Source: Octopus sinensis (taxonomy: Eukaryota). Taken from it: a DNA stretch of 64,000 bases. Of this stretch, positions 1 to 11,280 are shown piece by piece (within the stretch, counting starts at the first letter, position 1; the number at the start of each line of letters is the position of its first letter). Position numbers and translations under genes: made by a program. The DNA lies in NCBI RefSeq assembly GCF_006345805.1, contig NC_043000.1, forward strand, positions 114,948,001 through 115,012,000, in the 5' to 3' direction. The notes below the pieces were generated by a model that was not told the origin of the DNA, did no database searches, and was given only the letters and a program-made list of their open reading frames with translations.

Positions 1-29
1 AACAAAAGCTGTTACTCAGAGTTTCACAT

Positions 30-86
30 ATTATATATATATATATAATATGTATGTATATATGAATGTATATATATATATATATG

Positions 87-117
<31 letters not shown>

Positions 118-720
118 TATATAGATATATATGTATGTATGTATATATCACCCATACATACTTACATACATACACCTATACACACGCCTACACACCTACA
201 TACACACACATGCATACACACACACACACATGTACGCACACACACACACATATACGCACATACATATATACCCACACACATGCACACACACACACACATA
301 CGCACATGCATGCATGCATGCATGCACACGCGCACACCTACACGCATACACACACACACACGTACGTACACATACATACATACACACACACACGCATACA
401 TACACCCATACACATACATGCATCCTACACACACATACATACACACTCACACATACATACACACACACACACTCACTCACACACCTGTATGTACGCGCAC
501 ACACATGCACATACACACACTTCCCCACACCCACACGTACATACATACACACTCACACACATACCACAAACACACACACACACGGACATACATCTATGCA
601 CCACATACATACACACATACTCACATACATTCATCGGACACACTGCCACCCGGACATACACACAGACACACTCACACATCCACACACATACTACTTACGC
701 ACATACTACTCGCAGGCTCG
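30..720. repeat. Compound (TA)n/(TACA)n/(CA)n microsatellite block
   Basis: Direct reading; it explains the HT/YI-rich pseudo-ORFs at 66-1124. Confidence 0.95.
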
Positions 721-1430
721 CGCATGCACACATTGCGCCGGTTTGCGTACGCATACGCTCCGCAGCACCTCGCTCTTGGAACCGACAGACAACCTCCCGC
801 CCGTTCCTGGGACCGTCGCGTGTCGTTGGGTTTTCCACGCCCGCCTCCGCGGGACCACTCTTCCATCTTCCCCTCAGCTGGAGTCCTTTTTCCTTAACCC
901 CCCCCTTTTTCGTTACACACACGCGCACACATATACACACATTGCTTAAATATATACATTACTCTTACACACATTCAATCTACTCGCCATTTATACCACC
1001 ACGACACTGGACACACACACACACTACTACTCAACACACGCTGGCACGCTACATACGCCCCACCCCTTCCCCTCCCTCCCTTCCTCCTTCCTTCTTTTTC
1101 TTACTACTGACCTTTGTCTGCTAAGCTGACCACTATCTCGCCCTACCTCACACGCCTACACACAGACGCACACACTAACACACACATATATATTTTTTTG
1201 TTTTTTCATCTCGCCTCACACACACACGCACACGCACACACTCACACATACACACACATCTGTTGCGTTACCAACCTTGTCTCCACTCTTTTGCCTTTAA
1301 AAACCCACTTTGCTCTGTTTTCATAAACATCCGCCTTTCACCATGTGCAACTCGTAAACACCAGTCGTCTTTTTTCTCTTTCCCTGTTGCCTGCTCTGGG
1401 ATCTTTCTTTCCTCTCTCTTCCTTCTTTAT

Positions 1431-1465
1431 GTTTCCGACGAAGAGCTCCGCTCGAAACGTCATAC
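1431..1465 (+). ncRNA. Minimal type I hammerhead ribozyme-like motif (degenerate, U4C)
   Basis: GTTT-CCGACGA-A-GAGC(TCC)GCTC-GAAA-CG-TC-ATAC: core, stem II, palindromic ACGT stem III and GUC site; stem I has one mismatch. Confidence 0.6.
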
Positions 1466-1554
1466 CTCCCTGCTTCCTTTTCCTGAGCGCCTATTAATAA
1501 TAATACTGTAATTGTTCCATTGTTGTTGTTTTTTTGTTTCCCGTTTGGATTAAA

Positions 1555-1555
1555 A

Positions 1556-1586
<31 letters not shown>

Positions 1587-2038
1587 TATATAGATATATA
1601 TGTATGTATGTATATATGTATGTGTATATGTATGTATATATGTATGTGTATATATATATATATGTATGTATATACGTATATATGTGTATATATATGTATG
1701 TATGTATATATGTATATATAATATGTATGTATATGTATATATATGTATGTATGTATATACGTATATATGTATATATGTATATGTATGTATATACGTGTAT
1801 ATGTATGTATGTATGTATATACGTATATATGTATATATATGTATGTATGTATATACGTATATATATATGTATATGTATGTATATACGTATATATATATAT
1901 GTATATATATGTATGTATGTATATACATATATATATATGTATGTATATAGTATATATATATATGTATATATATTATGTATGTATATAATATATATATATA
2001 TGTGTGTTGTATATACATATATATATATGTGTGTATAT

Positions 2039-2085
<47 letters not shown>

Positions 2086-2175
2086 ATGTATGTATGTATA
2101 TATATATATTATATAATATATATATTTGTATGTATGTATGTATATATATTTGTATGTATGTATGTATATATAATA
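1555..2175. repeat. (TA)n/(TATG)n microsatellite block
   Basis: Direct reading. Confidence 0.95.
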
Positions 2176-2179
2176 TATT

Positions 2180-2446
2180 CCGTTGCCAGCCTTGCCTGGC
2201 CCCGTGCCGGTGACACGTAAAAGCACCATCCGTTCGTGGCCGTTTGCCAGCTCTGTCTGGCACCTGTGCGGGTGGCACGTAAAAAGCACCCACTACACTC
2301 ACGGAGTGGTCGGCGTTAGGAAGGGCATCCAGCCGTAGAAACACTGCCAGATCTGACTGGGCCTGCTGAAGCCTTCCAGCTTCACAGACCCCAGTTGAAC
2401 CGTCCAACCCATGCTAGCATGGAGAACGGACGCTAAATGATGATGA
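2180..2446 (+). mobile_element. Abundant SINE/RTE-tail family (GGAAGGGCATCCAG motif, (TGA)n tail)
   Basis: Shared motif GAGTGGTTGGCGTTAGGAAGGGCATCCAG...CCCATGCTAGCATGGA...AAATGATGATGA; more than 10 copies in the window. Confidence 0.8.
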
Positions 2447-2483
2447 TATATATATATATAATATATATATATTTGTATGTATG

Positions 2484-2524
<41 letters not shown>

Positions 2525-2554
2525 ATGTATGTATATATATGAATATATATATGT

Positions 2555-2647
2555 ATACTTTATTTAAAAGCAGCAGAAAATTCAACAAAACCTGTTACTC
2601 TGAGTAACAGGTTTTGTTGAATTTTTTGCTGCTTTTAAATAAAGTAT
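2555..2647. repeat. 93-bp fold-back palindrome (46-bp arms, 1 mismatch, 1-nt loop)
   Basis: ATACTTTATTTAAAAGCAGC...GTTACTC T GAGTAAC...GCTGCTTTTAAATAAAGTAT. Confidence 0.9.
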
Positions 2648-3072
2648 ATTACTCTACCACTGGTATTTGAGTACTATTTTTTCCACCTTGTTTCATTTAT
2701 ATGTTTACTCCGGTATATATATGTATGTATGTACATATATGCATGTGTATATATGTATATATCTTCATTGCAACCATTCTGTTATTGAACATTGATACGC
2801 TTGCATCTTTTTTCTTGGGATATCTACTATATCAGGATTTTAACCCACAGATATACACAGGATTGCACCTAAGGACTTACGCTCATGGATCTACACAGGA
2901 TTGCACCTAAGGACTCATGCACTGGTTTCTATAACCTAAGAAAGTTGAACTCTGAACCTTTATACTTCTCTTTTCTTCCATCTTTCCATCACCTTATTCT
3001 TTTACTCCCTTCTTCTATTTCGTCATCTTATTAATATATACCTTTCTCATTTTCCTTATTTTTTCCCTATTC

Positions 3073-3129
3073 GTCTCTGACGACAGAATATCCCATACTC
3101 AGAGATATCCCAGAAACAGCTGTTAAGAC
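3073..3129 (+). ncRNA. Degenerate hammerhead-like motif with 8-nt palindromic stem III
   Basis: GTCT-CTGACGA-(ATATC...GATAT stem II)-GAAA-CAGCTG-TT-A-AGAC; one extra base at the cleavage site and mismatches in stem II. Confidence 0.5.
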
Positions 3130-3374
3130 TTTGAATGTCTTCCTATAATAATATTGTATACGACTTGAGATGTTTGCCTTGCCTTAATGTTTGCTGTCCT
3201 ATTTAACAATTATATATCTGCTGCACCAGAAATCTACAATCTCTCCATAACTGCCATCCCAGCTATAACCTTGGAGCCTTACTAATCTGTTACAGCACTT
3301 ACCTAGCGTACCTAATCATTTAGATCACCTGTGAACTAAATCCCCATTCTTTGTATATATACATATACATATAT

Positions 3375-3905
3375 ATCATCATCATCGTTTTCATCATCAT
3401 TGTTTTAATGTCTGCCTTCCATGCTGCCATGGGTCAGACAGTTTGATTGAGGACTGACAAGCCAGGAGGCTGCACCAGGCTCCAATCTAATCTGGAAGAT
3501 TTCTACAGCTTGATGCTCTTCCTAACACCAACCACTCCAAGAGTTTAGTGGGTGTGTCTTGCATGCCACTGGCACATGGGCCAGTCAGGTGGAACTGGCA
3601 ATGACCACACTTGAATGGTGCTTTTTATGTGCCTCTGGCATGGGAGCCAGTGAGGTGGCACTAGCAAGGACCACGCTTAAATGGTGCTTTTTACATGCCC
3701 CCAGCATGGGAGCCAGTCAGGTGGCACTGGCAAGACCATGCTTGAATGATGCTTTTTACATGCATGGTGCTTTTCACGTGCCACCAGCAGAGGACCAATC
3801 ACGTGGAACTGACTTCAACTACACCTGTATGGTGCTATTTACATGCCACCAGCAGAGGAGCCAGTCAGGCAAAACTGGCAACGATTATACTTGAATGGTG
3901 CTTTT
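3375..3905 (-). mobile_element. GGAAGGGCATCC-family SINE/RTE tail with internal tandem ~60-bp units
   Basis: Reverse complement of the 2180-2446 family with repeated GGTGCTTTTTACATGCC units. Confidence 0.7.
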
Positions 3906-4620
3906 TATGTGTCACCAGCAGGGGTGTCATAAGATCATTGATTGGTTGTCATTTATTTTTCTGCTGGAAAGAACTACTGCTATCTCAAGCAGACAGTTGT
4001 CCACCACTGAGGATGAGCACAAATAGCTCAAAAATGGATAGTCTGGTGGTCCCATCATTGCTGGAATATGGTGAGGGTTTGTTCACCAGCTTTCAATATA
4101 TATTGGGTACAAATTGCATCGGGAACCAGCTGGGGGAGGCATCCTCCCAAGAGTTAAAAATGGTAGTGACGCCAGTTCCTATGGAACAGCCATGTTGAAG
4201 TGGTGATAAACATTACTTATGTATATGTGTGTGTGTGTGTGTGTTTATATATGTGTATAAGCATAATGATCATTTCATAGCATTTTCTCTGATGGCCGGA
4301 TAACTGAAGAGATGGCCGCATGGATTTCCACCTCGGCATCCAAAACTTGGAGTTTTATCATGGCTACCAAATAATTGTCACATATTACATTTACAGATAT
4401 ATATATATGTATATATATATGTTTATATATAGATGTGTGTGTGTGTATACATGTGTATGTGTCCATGTATACATGTTGATAATATATCTATGTACTTATG
4501 TATGTAAATATACATATACACACATGTGTGTGTGTGTATATATATATATATCAGACACCATGATAGATCATTAGCCACTACACACATATTTTTCTCTCTT
4601 TGTTTTTTTTTCTGTGTCCC

Positions 4621-4656
4621 CTTTCTGTAGAAGAGCGTAGGCTCGAAACGTAAAAG
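4621..4656 (+). ncRNA. Minimal type I hammerhead ribozyme, A6U core variant
   Basis: CTTT-CTGTAGA-A-GAGC(GTAG)GCTC-GAAA-CG-TA-AAAG; stems I and II fully paired; predicted cleavage after 4652. Confidence 0.65.
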
Positions 4657-4762
4657 ACTTTTTCTATTCCTGAGTGTTATACTAATACATCTGTTTGTTT
4701 TGTACACCACCTGTCTTCATCTTTCGTTTTTTTCGTAAACTCTTCCTATATATATATATATA

Positions 4763-5035
4763 ATCATCATCATTTAATGTGTGTTGTCCAACCTGACATG
4801 GGTTGGACGGTTTGACCAGAGCTGACAAGCTGAAGAGCTGCACCAGACTTCAGCCTGATTTGGCATGGTTTCCACAGCTGGATGCCCTTCCTAGTGCCAA
4901 CCACTTTACAAAGTGTGCTGGTTGCTTTTATGCGCCACCACATGGGTGCTTTTTCATGGCTATGCACAGGCGCTTTTACATGGCACTGCTCAGGTGCTTT
5001 ACATGGTACTGCAATGAGTGCTTCACACCAGAGGA
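4763..5035 (-). mobile_element. GGAAGGGCATCC-family SINE/RTE tail
   Basis: Reverse-complement match to 2180-2446. Confidence 0.7.
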
Positions 5036-5039
5036 ACCT

Positions 5040-5541
5040 GTCTTAACACTTCTTGTGCAGAGTACGGGTCTTCTTGAGTATAGCAAAGCAACAGGCATCT
5101 CGATCCTTTGTCAGGTTGCCTGAAAATTGCAGCATCTTAATGTTGTTCTTCAGTACCTCATCCCATATCTTTCTGCGTCTCTCACTTACATATGTTCCAT
5201 TTACTTTGAGAGATTGACACTTCTTTATGGAACTGTTGGCACCCCTCCACATCACATGACCAAACATGCGCAGTCTTGTCTCTTGCACACAGCAACTAAT
5301 TCCTCTTATGCCTAACTTTTCTCTCAGAACATTGGTACTCTGTTGAACATGTACACTTACATTACACATCCAACGGAGCATACTAGCTTCATTCCTTTCT
5401 AACCTTTGCATGTTCTCTGAATTCAGGGCCCACACCTCACTACCATGTAGAATTGCTGTTCATATACATGCATCATGCAATCTTCCTTTCATTCGGAGAG
5501 AGAAACCTTTTGTGGCCAACAGAGGTAACGGCTCTCTGAAT
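5040..5541 (-). mobile_element. RTE-clade LINE, C-terminal RT/thumb fragment
   Basis: PLLATKGFSLRMKGRLHDAC...GSEVWAL...LERNEASMLRWMC...RLRMFGHV...RRKIWDEVLK, with stops. Confidence 0.85.
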
Positions 5542-6072
5542 TTATATATGTGCATATGCATATGTGTGTGTGTGTTTGTGTGTGTGTATACACATGTTTG
5601 AGTCTGCATATATACATGTAAAAATATATGTATGTATGTAAATACATATACATACATATATATGTGTGTGTTTGTGCATGTATGCATATATACATGTAGA
5701 TAATACATGTATGTATGTATGTTTGTAAATACACACATACATATATATATGCATATACGAGGTGGTATCAAAAGGTTCCTAGACCAGTTACCTAAGTTTT
5801 GACATCATCTCTTTTCAAATAGTCCCCCTGTGCAGCAATGCATGGGTCCAGCATTCCTGCCACTTTCGGAATCAGGCCTGGAAGTTGTTTTCTGCAATTC
5901 ACTCTTCATCTCAACAAAAGGGTTAAAACAGCAACCTTTGAGCTGCATTTTCATCTTGAAGAAGAGATGGAAGTCTGCAGGAGCTAAATCTGGAGAATAG
6001 GGTGGATGTAGAACTGATACCATATTCATTATTTACATTTGACAGATATTTGTCCTCATCTTGTTTGTTGTT

Positions 6073-6118
6073 AACACAACATTTCAGCTGATATACCCTC
6101 CAGCCTTCATCAGGTGTC
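6073..6118 (-). ncRNA. Minimal hammerhead motif (CpG-decayed)
   Basis: GACAC-CTGATGA-A-GGCTG...CAGCT-GAAA-TG-TT-GTGTT on the minus strand; ACGT stem III mutated to ATGT. Confidence 0.7.
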
Positions 6119-6468
6119 TTGGGGAAATTTCGAACCTGGGTTCTCATTCCTAAGGTATTTTTCGATGTTATTATTATTATTGTTATTATTATTGTTGTTG
6201 TTATTGTTGTTGTTATTATTATTGTTGTTGTTGTTGTTGTTATTGTTGCTGCTGTTGTTGTTTTTGTTCAGGTCACTGCTTGGTCACTACACCATATGCC
6301 CATGGGCATATGGCATAGGGGTTAAGAGCGCAGGCTACTAACCCCAAGATTCCAAAGTCAATTCCAAGCAGTGACCTGAACAACAACAACAACTACAATA
6401 ATAATAATAATAATAATAACATTAAAAAATACCTTAGGAATGAGAACCGAGGTTCGAAATTTCCCCAA

Positions 6469-6512
6469 AACACCTGATGAAGGTTAGTGGGTATACCAGC
6501 CAAAACATGTTA
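6469..6512 (+). ncRNA. Minimal hammerhead motif, inactivated (GAAA to AAAA)
   Basis: AACAC-CTGATGA-AGGTTAG...CAGCC-AAAACATGTT. Confidence 0.5.
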
Positions 6513-7189
6513 ACAACAAACAAGATGAGGAAAAATATCCGTCAAATGTAAATAATGTAAATAATGTACATAATTCCTCATCTCTTAATTATAGAACTGT
6601 GATACCATATTCTTTTTGGAGAGATACGCATGAGTGAGGAGAACTTGATGACTGCATTGTTGTCATGAAGGATCTAATTCTTCGTGCTCCGTAGATCTTG
6701 TTGCACTCACAGAATGACCTCCCCCCCCCTTCAAATGTATCTAAACATCATTGATTGTCCTCTGATGATCTTCGTGCAGAAGCTGATGAATTCTTTCCCC
6801 ATTTCCAGGGCTGCACTTGTGGCAGGCCTTCCAGATCATTCATCGCCTTCCAGGGATGTTCTTCCACTTTCGAAGAACTCGTGCCACTCGACCCACCCAT
6901 TGCCTCATTGTTGTTAGCTTGCCAAAGCATGCTCATAGTCTCTGTAACAGACTTCCCAAGTTTAACGCAAAATTTCATGTTGGCTCTTTGTTCCTGTCAA
7001 TGACAAAATCTCATAGTACAGCATACACGGGATCACAAATCTCACGACTTGCAAAGTAAACACAGTGAAGTCACTCAGTACATTGCCTCAAGAAGGTCAA
7101 CACTGGTTCTCACCATACACACAGTTGTGTGCTGCTATAATACGTTGGCAGCTACAGAACTAGTTCAGGAAGTTTTTGATACCACCTTG

Positions 7190-7201
7190 TATGTATGTAT
7201 G

Positions 7202-7235
<34 letters not shown>

Positions 7236-7322
7236 TGTATGTATGCATGCATGCATGCATGTATATATACATACATATATATAATATATAATATATATTA
7301 TATATATATATATCTATCTATA

Positions 7323-7371
<49 letters not shown>

Positions 7372-7463
7372 ATATATATATATTAATAATATATATATAT
7401 CTATATATATATTTTTTATATATATATATATATTATATATTTTATATATAATATATATAATAT

Positions 7464-7518
<55 letters not shown>

Positions 7519-7592
7519 ATATTATAATATTATATATATATATATAATATTATTATTATATATATTATATATAATATATATATATAATATAT

Positions 7593-7623
<31 letters not shown>

Positions 7624-7646
7624 TATATTTATATATATATATATTA

Positions 7647-7677
<31 letters not shown>

Positions 7678-7736
7678 ATTATATCTATATATATAATATA
7701 TCTTATTTATATATATATATATATATAATATATATA

Positions 7737-7794
<58 letters not shown>

Positions 7795-7962
7795 ATATTT
7801 ATATATATAGATATATATTATTATATATATATATATTTATATATATATATATATATATATTATATATTATATATAATTTTATATATAATATATTTATATT
7901 ATATATATTTATATATATTATATATTTATATATATATATATATATTTAATATATATATATAT

Positions 7963-7993
<31 letters not shown>

Positions 7994-8122
7994 ATTTTAT
8001 ATTATATATTATATTTATATATATATAATATTATATATATATTATATATTTATATATATATATATTTATATATATATATATATTTATATATAATATATAT
8101 TATTATATATATAATATATATT

Positions 8123-8154
<32 letters not shown>

Positions 8155-8181
8155 ATATATATAATATACATATATATATAT
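7190..8181. repeat. ~1-kb imperfect (TA)n array preceded by (TATG)n
   Basis: Direct reading. Confidence 0.95.
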
Positions 8182-8182
8182 A

Positions 8183-8313
8183 GGCGCAGGAGTGGCTGTG
8201 TGGTAAGTAGCTTGCTTACCAACCACACCTTGGGCAAGTGTCTTCTACTATAGCCTTGGGCCAACCAAAACCTTGTGAGTGAAACTGGTAGACAGAAACT
8301 GAAAGAAGCCCTT
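8183..8313 (+). mobile_element. tRNA-head SINE family B (internally deleted copy)
   Basis: GGCGCAGGAGTGGCTGTGTGGTAAGTAGCTTGCTTACCAACCAC...GGTAGACAGAAACTGAAAGAAGCC; other copies near 13120, 27390, 37252, 47364 (-) and 56715. Confidence 0.8.
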
Positions 8314-8580
8314 CATATATATACGTATGTATGTATGTATATGTTTGTATGTTCGAGGCCCATATGTATGGCAAACCCTACTTTTCTCCGTCGAAGGCTT
8401 ATATGCCCCCAACATTAGACTATTTACCTTTGTCAATGCACAGTGATTGCTTATAAGCTTTAAGCTTATAAAATATCATTAATATAGTTGGAATTTACAA
8501 AAAAAAAAAAAAAAAAGACGAAAACGCCTATGTAAACAACAAACAGATGTATTAGTTTAACACTCGGGAAGGTGAGAAAG

Positions 8581-8617
8581 TCTTTTACGTTTCGAGCCTA
8601 CGCTCTTCAACAGATGC
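8581..8617 (-). ncRNA. Minimal hammerhead motif, A6U family (stem I degenerate)
   Basis: CTGTTGA-A-GAGC(GTAG)GCTC-GAAA-CG-TA-AAAG on the minus strand. Confidence 0.6.
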
Positions 8618-8689
8618 AAACACAGAAATAAGCAGAGAAACTTCTGGCTTTTTCAAGGTCCCTATGCTCTTCATTTTTGTTTCATTATT

Positions 8690-9266
8690 CCTTCTTTGGT
8701 CACTAAACTTTGTTTGCGAAGACCTGTTGAGGCAAGTGAAATCAAAATCAAAATCAAAATCATTTCAATGACTGGCATCCGTGCTAGCAGGGTGCAAAGA
8801 GCACCATACGAGTGTGATTGTTGACAGCGGATATTCGAATATGATCGTTACCAGCGTCACCTTACTGGCATTTATGCCTGTGCTAGTAGGGTGCCAATAG
8901 CACCATCCGAGCGTGATCGTTGCCAGAGCAGCCAACTGGCTTCCGTACCTGTGGCACGTAAAAGGGCATCATTCGAGCGTGATCGTTACCAACGTCGCTT
9001 CACTGGCACCTGTGCCTGTAGCACGTGTAAAAAGGATTCGAGTGAGGTCATTGCCAGTACCGCTGACTGGCCCCCGTGCAGGTGGCACGTAAAAAGCACC
9101 CACTACACTCTCGGAGTGGTTGGCATTAGGAAGGGCATCCAGCTGTAGAAACTCTGCCAGATCAAGACTCGAACCTGGTGCAACCATCTGGTTCACCAGC
9201 CCTCAGTCAAAACCATCCAACCCATGTTAGCATGGAAAACGGATGTTAAATGATGATGATGATGAT
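8690..9266 (+). mobile_element. RTE 3'-UTR/GGAAGGGCATCC-family long copy
   Basis: GCGAAGACCTGTTGAGGCAAGTGAAATC head, tandem units and (TGA)n tail; similar to 55640-56215. Confidence 0.75.
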
Positions 9267-10199
9267 TCAATGTTGAATTTAAGACAGAGAGCTGGCAGAA
9301 ATGTTAGCACGCTGAGCAAAATACTTAGCATTATTTTGTCTGTCTTTACGTTTTGAGTTCCAATTCTGCTGAGATCAATTTTAATTTTCATCCTTCCAGG
9401 GTCGATAAATTAAGTGCCAGTTGCGTACTGGGGTCAATCTAATCAACTGGCCCCTTCCCCCAAAATGTCGGGCCTTGTGCCTAGAGTAGAAAAGATTATT
9501 TGATGTTGAATCCGTTTTTTTTTTATTTATAAATGCACCAAGAGTTCCTTGTCTCCATTTGTCTTTTGCTTTTTTGTAAAAATTTCATGATAGCAGGTAT
9601 GTGATATAACTCTTTTAATAGTTTCAGCTGAAGAGTTGTGGCCATACTGGGGCACTGTTGTTAGCTTTGCTACACCTTCATTGCTTTAAATCTCCTCTGA
9701 TATGTGGCATTTGGTGAACGAGGGTATTTGATGTTACTACCCTTATCTGCATTTCCTGCCATGAGGTACACTCATCCAGAATCCTTGATAGAAGATCTAT
9801 ATAGATTTCCAGGGTTTTCTACGATAACCCATCACCAAACAAAGCTTTGTGAATGGGTTTGGTAGATGAAGAGCCTATGGATCCAAGGACTGTATTGTGA
9901 TCCAATGCCTCTTTTGGCACAGTATTGATGGCTTTCTAATGCCAACCCATCCTATGCCCTTCGTTATGCCAACCACTTTAAAGTGGGCACTGGGAGCTTT
10001 CTGTCAGTGCTAGTGATATTGCAAGACTACAAACTCAAAGAGAGATGACTTTACACTAATAGACGAAGGGTTTAAAGATGAGAGATGAGGCCAGAGCAGA
10101 AGAGGTTTTTTTGCTGTAGAGAAACTAAATGGCTGTTCAGGTTTTAGAAAAAAGGTTAGAAGTGATCCGGTAATTAATGGTACTATTCTATACTTTTGA

Positions 10200-10500
10200 G
10201 ATGAGGAATTAGGTAGAGTATTTACAATGGGTGGACAGATGTCCTCATTTTGTTTGTTGTTACCGCAACATTTCAGATGGTGTATTCTCCAGCCTTCATC
10301 AGGTGTTCTGGTGGAATTTATTTGACTAATGTGATATTCTGTTCTCATTCCTAAGATTACCTTAGAAATGAGAATAGTGTACCCCATTAATCAAATAAAG
10401 GGTTTGGTTCGAAATTCCACCAGAACATCTGATGAAAGCTGGAGAGTACATCAGCCGAAATGTTGTGGTAAAAACCAACAAGATGAGGACACCTATCCAT
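10200..10500. mobile_element. Inverted pair of hammerhead-bearing tails without tRNA heads
   Basis: HHR motifs at 10262-10307 (-) and 10424-10468 (+); central TTCTCATTCCTAAG/CTTAGAAATGAGAA inverted repeat. Confidence 0.75.
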
Positions 10501-10930
10501 CCATTCTATAATGTGAAAGTAATGGGGATGAGGTGTCTGAGTGGATCCTCAAAGATACAAGATGAGTAGAAGTGAATAGGGACAGAAAAACTGAGTGTGG
10601 GTGGGTAGAGGTTGCAACAGTGTTAAGGGCCTGGAGTGAGAGATGGTAAAATGGGTGATGGGGTGAGTTTAATGAATGAAGAGCAGTTGCTGAAGGATGT
10701 CGAGCAAGAGAGGTAGGAAGGAGTAGGGAACGGCTGTAGAAAAATGTCAAGGAGTGGATGTAGTGACTGATGGACAAGGGATGGGCATAACCAAACACGA
10801 TGGGGGTTATTGATGACCCCCATCGTCATTGGTTTGGTAGGTTGAAAGAGTGTGGAAGGAGAGAGAGAGGCAGGTAGAGTGCATGGAGAGAGAATGATCG
10901 ATGTATGATCAATGAGAATGGGAGACAATT
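10500..10930 (-). mobile_element. Highly degenerate Penelope-like RT fragment
   Basis: LLDIFLQPFPTPSYL resembles the PLE LD.ILQP...PSY segment; broken frames. Confidence 0.35.
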
Positions 10931-11049
10931 TGGTAGGTCAGTGGTGTGATCAATGTAAAATATGGGCCGTGAAGATTAAGGACAAGCAATGGCTATCAAG
11001 TGAAATGGTTACTGGTCATGAGAAAGATTAATGGTATCAATGAAAAGCA

Positions 11050-11280
11050 GTGAGCTGACAGAAATGTTAGCATGTCAGGCGAAATGTGTAGCTGTATTTC
11101 GTCTGCCGCTGTGTTCTAAGTTCAAATTCTGCCGAGATCGATTTTGCCTTTCATCCTTTCGGGGTCGATTAAATAAGTACCAGTTACGTACGGGGGTCGA
11201 TATAATCGACTTATCCATTTGTCTCTCCTTGTTTGTCCTCTCTGTGTTTGGCCCCTTGTAGGTAGTAAAGAAATAGGTAT
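11050..11280 (+). mobile_element. SINE family C (GGTCGACTTTGCCTTTCATCCTTTCGGGGTCG core)
   Basis: B-box-like GAGTTCAAATTC; copies near 9290, 13304 (-), 15670-16020 (-), 19440, 29575, 50205, 60715 (-), 61130, 63200 (-) and 63830 (-). Confidence 0.8.

Larger units (their letters stand above)
6028..6600. mobile_element. Palindromic head-to-head tRNA-SINE/hammerhead element with TSD
   Basis: Inverted arms around a perfect 22-bp palindrome (6292-6313); tRNA-like head from 6304; HHR motif in each arm; GATACCATATTC duplicated at 6016-6027 and 6601-6612. Confidence 0.85.
5758..7189 (-). mobile_element. Internally deleted mariner transposon, interrupted at 6028-6600
   Basis: TA-flanked TIRs CGAGGTGGTATCAAAAGG / CAAGGTGGTATCAAAAAC; N-terminal KFCVKLGKSVTET (6748-6978), HDN-like motif, and HPPYSPDLAPADF (5805-6029). 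Confidence 0.9.

Noticed and set aside
66-2289. Long His/Thr/Tyr/Ile-rich ORFs (up to 352 aa)
   Set aside because: Translations of CA/TA/TATG microsatellites, open in several frames; the same applies at 23174-23582 and similar tracts.
3960-4200. Possible LINE endonuclease remnant on the minus strand
   Set aside because: Only a weak LVN.P....SI.ELF resemblance, with several stops.
6304-6380. Functional tRNA gene (also 20405-20470 and other SINE heads)
   Set aside because: Acceptor and T stems do not pair and the heads are attached to repeat bodies; treated as SINE heads.
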